UHGV virus genome: UHGV-0106128
Strand: one strand, 5' to 3'
From: a virus
DNA length: 30,570 nt
Made by a program: the position numbers and the translations under genes. Positions 25,897-30,570 of the stretch are shown here, piece after piece. The first letter of the stretch is position 1. Each line of letters starts with the position of its first letter. The notes beneath the pieces were generated by a model. It did no database searches, had not been told where the DNA came from, and was given only the letters and a program-made list of their open reading frames with translations.

Positions 25897-27321
25897 ATGT
25901 CTGTAGTGATATCAGGTGCGCTGATTGATGGCGCAGGCATCCCCATGTCCGGATGCCACATTATTCTGAAATCCCGGGTAAACACCTCAGAGGTGGTGAT
26001 GCGCACAGTTGCCGACGTGGTGACAGGAAACTGTGGCGAGTACTCTTTTAAGGCGCAGACCGGAAAATATTGCGTATATCTGAAACAGGACTGGCGCGAC
26101 GAGTACTGTGTTGGCGATATTGCTGTATACGATGACTCAAAGCCCGGCACGCTGAATGATTTTCTGACAGCCATCGATGAAGGTGACCTCAAACCCGACG
26201 TGGTGAAACGTTTTGAGGAAATGGTGGCGCAGGCGCAGCAGAGCGCGGAAACTGCAACAGAAAGCGAACGACAGGCAGGGCAACATGCAGACGCTGCCGC
26301 CCGTGCAAAAGAAGAGGTAAAAAAACTGGCGGAAGGTGTTCAGCAGAACGCCGACGCGGTTGCGGAGGGTAAACAACAGGCCGAAAATCTGGCCTCACGG
26401 GTTGAGGATACCGCCGCGGAGGTCAGGCAGGATGCTGAAGCCGCGAAAAAGGCCGCATCCGGTGCAGAGCAGGCCAGAGCAGATATTGATACTGCGTTAT
26501 CTGCGACACTGAAAACGGCGAATCGTTTATCAGAGCTGGCTGATGAAGGTGAAGAGGCTCAGCAGGAATCCCGTGCTAATCTTGGACTGAAAAGCGCTGC
26601 CACAATGACGCCACAGAGCGACATTCGTGACCGGACTGAAGGGCGTCTGGCGACACCTGGCGCATTTGGTTTTGGGCATATTTTTTTGCCCGCAGAGCGT
26701 ATCCGTTTTAACACAGAGGATGATTTTCTGTCCTGGGTAAGGAATGCGACGCCGGGTGAATATTTTGTTGAGGGTGACAGTAAAATCATATCCGGAGGTG
26801 TGTTGTTTAACGGGATGGTCCGCATCCGGTGGGTTGAGGCACGCAATAATCCACCGGAGCCGCGATATACAGCAAAGGCCATTATTTTCTACGGTATTAA
26901 TGGCGATGTTTATTACAACCGCTACTGGACAACAGGTAATGGTTATCTGACTGGCTGGGAAAATCTGAAGATTACCTCACAGGACATTATCTCTCTTCTG
27001 TCCGGTATTGCTCCCGGTACCACGGACGGCTGGTACGGTGCAGGCAGTCTTGTACTGGCGGCTTATAACGGTAAGGGAGACGCAGACACCGACCGCCGGA
27101 TAAAACGCGGTTACAGCTATCCGGGGTCACGCCTGAGCGCGGTTGAATTTATGTGTCACGGCACGACCGGTAGCGGGGTTGGATATAACGGCAGCGTTTC
27201 CGTATATGTGCGGGGTTCTGGTGGTGGTATGCCGGGGTCATATCGGGCACTGTCAGGTGATGGGCTCGGGTCTGCCGGGTCAGCCAGTGTCATGATTGGT
27301 TTGTTCATACGTATTGCGTAG
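25897..27321 (+). CDS. side tail fibre protein (lambda Stf / StfR-like N-terminal domain)
   Basis: 474 aa; N-terminus (SGALIDGAGIPMSGCHIILKSRVNTSEVV...YCVYLKQDW...IAVYDDSKPGTLNDFL) resembles the lambda Stf N-terminal region as I recall it; Ala/Glu/Gln-rich coiled segment; Gly-rich C-terminus. Confidence 0.7.
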   Translation: MSVVISGALIDGAGIPMSGCHIILKSRVNTSEVVMRTVADVVTGNCGEYSFKAQTGKYCVYLKQDWRDEYCVGDIAVYDDSKPGTLNDFLTAIDEGDLKPDVVKRFEEMVAQAQQSAETATESERQAGQHADAAARAKEEVKKLAEGVQQNADAVAEGKQQAENLASRVEDTAAEVRQDAEAAKKAASGAEQARADIDTALSATLKTANRLSELADEGEEAQQESRANLGLKSAATMTPQSDIRDRTEGRLATPGAFGFGHIFLPAERIRFNTEDDFLSWVRNATPGEYFVEGDSKIISGGVLFNGMVRIRWVEARNNPPEPRYTAKAIIFYGINGDVYYNRYWTTGNGYLTGWENLKITSQDIISLLSGIAPGTTDGWYGAGSLVLAAYNGKGDADTDRRIKRGYSYPGSRLSAVEFMCHGTTGSGVGYNGSVSVYVRGSGGGMPGSYRALSGDGLGSAGSASVMIGLFIRIA

Positions 27322-27328
27322 GTGTTTT

Positions 27329-27892
27329 ATGGAAATAAAACGCATCGAAAATGCGCGTTATCTTGAAAATGGCGCGATTGACTGCGGGGTGTTGTTTGAT
27401 GGCATGGATGAACCGGTTCCGTATACGGCAACTGCCACGGATACAGCAGAGACAGGGCAGCGAGTCTGGCAGGAGCTGCAAAGCGGGAGATGGGGAGAAA
27501 TAACGCCGTTCACCGTCACGCCAGAGATGCTGGAAGCAGCAAAAGCAGCCAAACGCCGGGAAATTGAAGCATGGCGTACAGAGCAGGAGGCGCAGCCATT
27601 CATTTTTGAATGGAACGGTCATAGCTGGAACGGGGGGCCGGATTCTATGGCCCGTCTTTATCCGGTGGCGATGGCATCGAAATCCGACACAGCACGGGAC
27701 GTCATGACGTGGGGCGATGCGGAAAATCAGCAGGTAAAGTTGTCAATGCAACAACTGGATGAGCTACTTACTGCAATGGTTCAGGCGCAGGTTGATCGCA
27801 ATGATGAAATTTATCGCCGTCAGCGAGAGATGAAAGAAGCGTTAAATACACTGAAGGATCTGAGCTCAATCAGAAAGCTGGCAATTAACTAG
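27329..27892 (+). CDS. tail fibre assembly protein (Tfa-like, second copy)
   Basis: ORF track 27296..27892; AGGTG then ATG 27329; 187 aa directly downstream of the Stf-like gene. Confidence 0.55.
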   Translation: MEIKRIENARYLENGAIDCGVLFDGMDEPVPYTATATDTAETGQRVWQELQSGRWGEITPFTVTPEMLEAAKAAKRREIEAWRTEQEAQPFIFEWNGHSWNGGPDSMARLYPVAMASKSDTARDVMTWGDAENQQVKLSMQQLDELLTAMVQAQVDRNDEIYRRQREMKEALNTLKDLSSIRKLAIN

Positions 27893-27980
27893 TAATTTAC
27901 GGGTGATTTTGGGCTTTTGTTACACATTCGCAACGAAGAATTGTGTGCCATTAGCCCAAGAAAATTATATTTTAATGATT

Positions 27981-28934
27981 TCAACAGTTACTAGTGTGTT
28001 TCTTGTTATAATCGTCAAGTAAAAAATCTTTGTGTTTTTCAGCCAGTAAACCTACTTCCCCCCATTTCAAAATATGTGTCCAGTATCCCATGCCGACAGA
28101 TGATATTGGAGCGTAAAAAATAATAATTCTATTTTTTGCATTTTCGTCCGTTATACCACGAGAAATTGCAGTGTTATTTTCTATTCGCACTCTGAAATCA
28201 GGATAATAACAAGAACCTTTTAATTTTAACCATACGGTTGAATGATTAGTATGTTGTTCTATTGAACTTATTTCACCAAAATAAAACCCCGGTTCTTCTT
28301 GTTCAGAGCGGATATCAGAAATACTTTTTAATGCATCGCAAAAAATATAACTGCGAGCGAGACTAGTGCCAGTGGTGATAAATATCTCTTTATAGTAGTT
28401 TTCTTGAAAGTTAGTACATAGAGCTTGCACGCTTGTTATCTTACTGGGCAGATTGAATGTTTCACCTTGATGACGAGAGATGGGAATTTCAACAAATACC
28501 CCATTTTTACTTTCAAAGTACATTTCCGTTCGAGTGGCGGAAGAATCTGTATTATCACGATATACAAGTTCTGGTCGTTCCTGCATGAATCCGGATATGA
28601 TAATGACATCATTGTCGCTAACAGCTTTTTGGGCTTCTTCTTCACTAGAATAGCGTTTCCCGATAATAGCTCCGCTTCTCAACAAACAAAAAGGAGCATT
28701 TGGATTTGGGTAGTGGCGGAAGAGAGCTTCTCGCCCGTCAGTCATAATCGTTATACTTGACTCTGATGGTATACGATTAAGTGGCTCATAACATTGGGGA
28801 CAAATGAGATGATCTTTCATTTCTTCTTGATATTCTAATGGTCCAACACTTGTACGAACTAACTGTGCTGTACTGTGTATGCTTTTATCCCATACAGGAT
28901 CGAAATAAGCATAGGCAATGCGGCGGCTAGTCAT
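27981..28934 (-). CDS. hypothetical 317-aa protein, AT-rich orphan cargo at the prophage end; no recognisable domain
   Basis: ORF track; minus-strand ATG at 28934 with GGAG 8 nt upstream; visibly AT-rich codon usage unlike the structural genes; single CPQC motif. Confidence 0.7.
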   Translation of the reverse strand: MTSRRIAYAYFDPVWDKSIHSTAQLVRTSVGPLEYQEEMKDHLICPQCYEPLNRIPSESSITIMTDGREALFRHYPNPNAPFCLLRSGAIIGKRYSSEEEAQKAVSDNDVIIISGFMQERPELVYRDNTDSSATRTEMYFESKNGVFVEIPISRHQGETFNLPSKITSVQALCTNFQENYYKEIFITTGTSLARSYIFCDALKSISDIRSEQEEPGFYFGEISSIEQHTNHSTVWLKLKGSCYYPDFRVRIENNTAISRGITDENAKNRIIIFYAPISSVGMGYWTHILKWGEVGLLAEKHKDFLLDDYNKKHTSNC

Positions 28935-29117
28935 GAGTTATCTCCGGTAAGGTAGAATATATAGGATTCGAACAAAGTTTTGGCTGTTGTATTGTTTGAG
29001 CAATTACTAAGCCTATTTTGCATAGTAACCAAACAAACATATTTGTTACAACCCATTTACATAAATTTAAGAATAAAAATATGTGCAAACGGCCTTAATT
29101 TAGCTTGAATACTGAGG

Positions 29118-29161
29118 GCAAAAATGGGGCAAATGCCGTAAAAGGTGCAAAAATGGGGCAA
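29118..29161. repeat. 15-bp perfect direct repeat GCAAAAATGGGGCAA (29118-29132 and 29147-29161); candidate integrase arm-type or operator sites
   Basis: Seen directly; a third, inverted copy of the GGGCAAAAAT core at 29251-29263 abuts the ttcA fragment. Confidence 0.5.
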
Positions 29162-29263
29162 CAAAAATGTTGGTTATTGTGGTTTGTTGTAGTTGTTGAT
29201 GTGTCTTAATTTATTGAAAAATAAATAAAATACTTATGCGTCAGATAGTTGTGATTTTTGCCC

Positions 29264-29317
29264 TTACTTGTTCAGGTTGTATTGTTCTTTCTTACTAATT
29301 TCTTGATTTTGCGACAT
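29264..29317 (-). pseudogene. ttcC: 5' fragment of ttcA (ttcC-like remnant) marking the prophage/chromosome junction (attR)
   Basis: Minus-strand ATG at 29317 encodes MSQNQEISKKEQYNLNK then TAA (29264-29266); KKEQYNLNK matches the TtcA N-terminus as I recall it, and the match breaks exactly where the GGGCAAAAAT motif starts. Confidence 0.55.
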
Positions 29318-29460
29318 TTAAAAGCGACTCAATTCGTTATATGGCATCAGAAGAGTATGCGTCATGCCGGAACGCCCAGCATAAGAAATCTGATATAAAA
29401 ACTGTGGCGTGTATGGTACGGATTAGAGGGGAAAATGTCAGCACATTTGCGAAATGAATC

Positions 29461-29487
29461 AAAAAGCCCGCAGCAATGTGCGGGCGT
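29461..29487 (-). terminator. rho-independent terminator downstream of uspF
   Basis: Plus-strand AAAAA-GCCCGCA-GCAATG-TGCGGGC; on the minus strand this is a stem-loop followed by a U-run. Confidence 0.55.
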
Positions 29488-29492
29488 TAGTG

Positions 29493-30008
<516 letters not shown>

Positions 30009-30035
30009 TTAGATCAAAGGAGGAAGAATAAGCAG

Positions 30036-30059
30036 AAAAAGCCCGCCATAACAGCGGGC
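30036..30059 (-). terminator. rho-independent terminator downstream of the porin gene
   Basis: Plus-strand AAAAA-GCCCGC-CATAACA-GCGGGC directly 3' of the porin stop on the minus strand. Confidence 0.5.
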
Positions 30060-30067
30060 AGGAGGAT

Positions 30068-30570
30068 TTAGAACTGATAAACCAGACCTAAAGCGACAAT
30101 ATCATCGGTAGAGATGCCGTTGGCAGCGTAGAAGCTGTCATCTTCATCCAACAGGTTGATTTTATAGTCAACATAGGTGGACATGTTTTTATTGAAATAG
30201 TAAGTCGCGCCAACATCGGCGTATTTAACCAGATCTTTATCATCAACACCTGCCGGGTTGTCTGCACCACCGGCAGCGTGCAGGTCACGGCCTTTAGACA
30301 TCAGGAAAGAGACTGCCGGACGCAGACCAAAATCAAACTGGTACTGTGCAGTAACTTCAAAGTTCTGGGTTTTGTTAGCAACAGCATAATCGCTGTCGCC
30401 AAACGGGGTCATATTACGCGTTTCTGAATACATGGTTGCCAGGTAAATATTGTTAGCATCGTATTTTAGCCCAGCAGTCCACGCGTCTGCTTTATCACCA
30501 CCCGCCGCAGTATGGTTAACCTGGTCATTGGTGCGGTCAGAAGAGGTGTATGCCGCACCAGCGCTAAAGC
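30068..30570 (-). CDS. ompN: outer membrane porin, 3' part only (OmpC/OmpN family); gene continues beyond the window
   Basis: C-terminus ...[16 protein letters not shown] and beta-barrel pattern typical of general porins; adjacency to uspF suggests ompN; stop TAA at 30068-30070 on the minus strand. Confidence 0.6.
   Translation of the reverse strand, partial: FSAGAAYTSSDRTNDQVNHTAAGGDKADAWTAGLKYDANNIYLATMYSETRNMTPFGDSDYAVANKTQNFEVTAQYQFDFGLRPAVSFLMSKGRDLHAAGGADNPAGVDDKDLVKYADVGATYYFNKNMSTYVDYKINLLDEDDSFYAANGISTDDIVALGLVYQF

Larger units (their letters stand above)
1..29266. mobile_element. prophage, right-hand portion (left end lies outside the window); lambdoid gene order with a Mu/P2-like contractile tail
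   Basis: Continuous + strand late-gene module from lysis to tail fibres; ends where a ttcA 5' fragment and chromosomal uspF/ompN begin. Confidence 0.8.

Noticed and set aside
23940-27892. Invertible tail-fibre segment (Mu G or e14 P type) with a Gin/Pin invertase
   Set aside because: Both fibre and Tfa pairs are on the same strand, no inverted fibre C-terminal fragment is present, and no recombinase gene follows; the next gene is an unrelated orphan
29236-29298. 20-codon + strand ORF MRQIVVIFALTCSGCIVLSY resembling a signal peptide
   Set aside because: No canonical lipobox and no Shine-Dalgarno; it is the antisense of the ttcA 5' fragment and junction

Overview
This window is the right-hand ~29.3 kb of an integrated prophage plus ~1.3 kb of flanking chromosome, apparently from an Escherichia/Shigella-like enterobacterium. 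All calls are from reading the sequence and the ORF track; no database search was run. All phage genes but one are on the + strand in a lambdoid late-region order: (3' end of a possible holin) - M15-type endolysin - small lysis lipoprotein split by a frame change at a T6 tract - ParB-like nuclease-domain protein - GT-A/GT2-like glycosyltransferase - small HTH-like protein - terminase small and large subunits - portal - head morphogenesis, scaffold and major capsid proteins - neck genes - contractile-tail genes (sheath, tube, frameshifted tail-assembly chaperone pair, tape measure) - Mu/P2-like baseplate genes - two tandem tail-fibre plus Tfa modules. Two visibly AT-rich cargo insertions stand out. 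The stronger candidate for a new system is a 386-aa protein with a PD-(D/E)xK, HsdR-N-like N-terminus, carrying its own promoter-like sequence and intrinsic terminator, wedged between baseplate genes (20.76-22.10 kb). The second is a 317-aa orphan on the minus strand at the extreme end of the prophage (27.98-28.93 kb). The prophage appears to end near 29.27 kb, where a 17-codon 5' fragment of ttcA (the Rac-type integration target) lies next to repeated GGGCAAAAAT motifs, followed by chromosomal uspF and the 3' end of an ompN-like porin gene.
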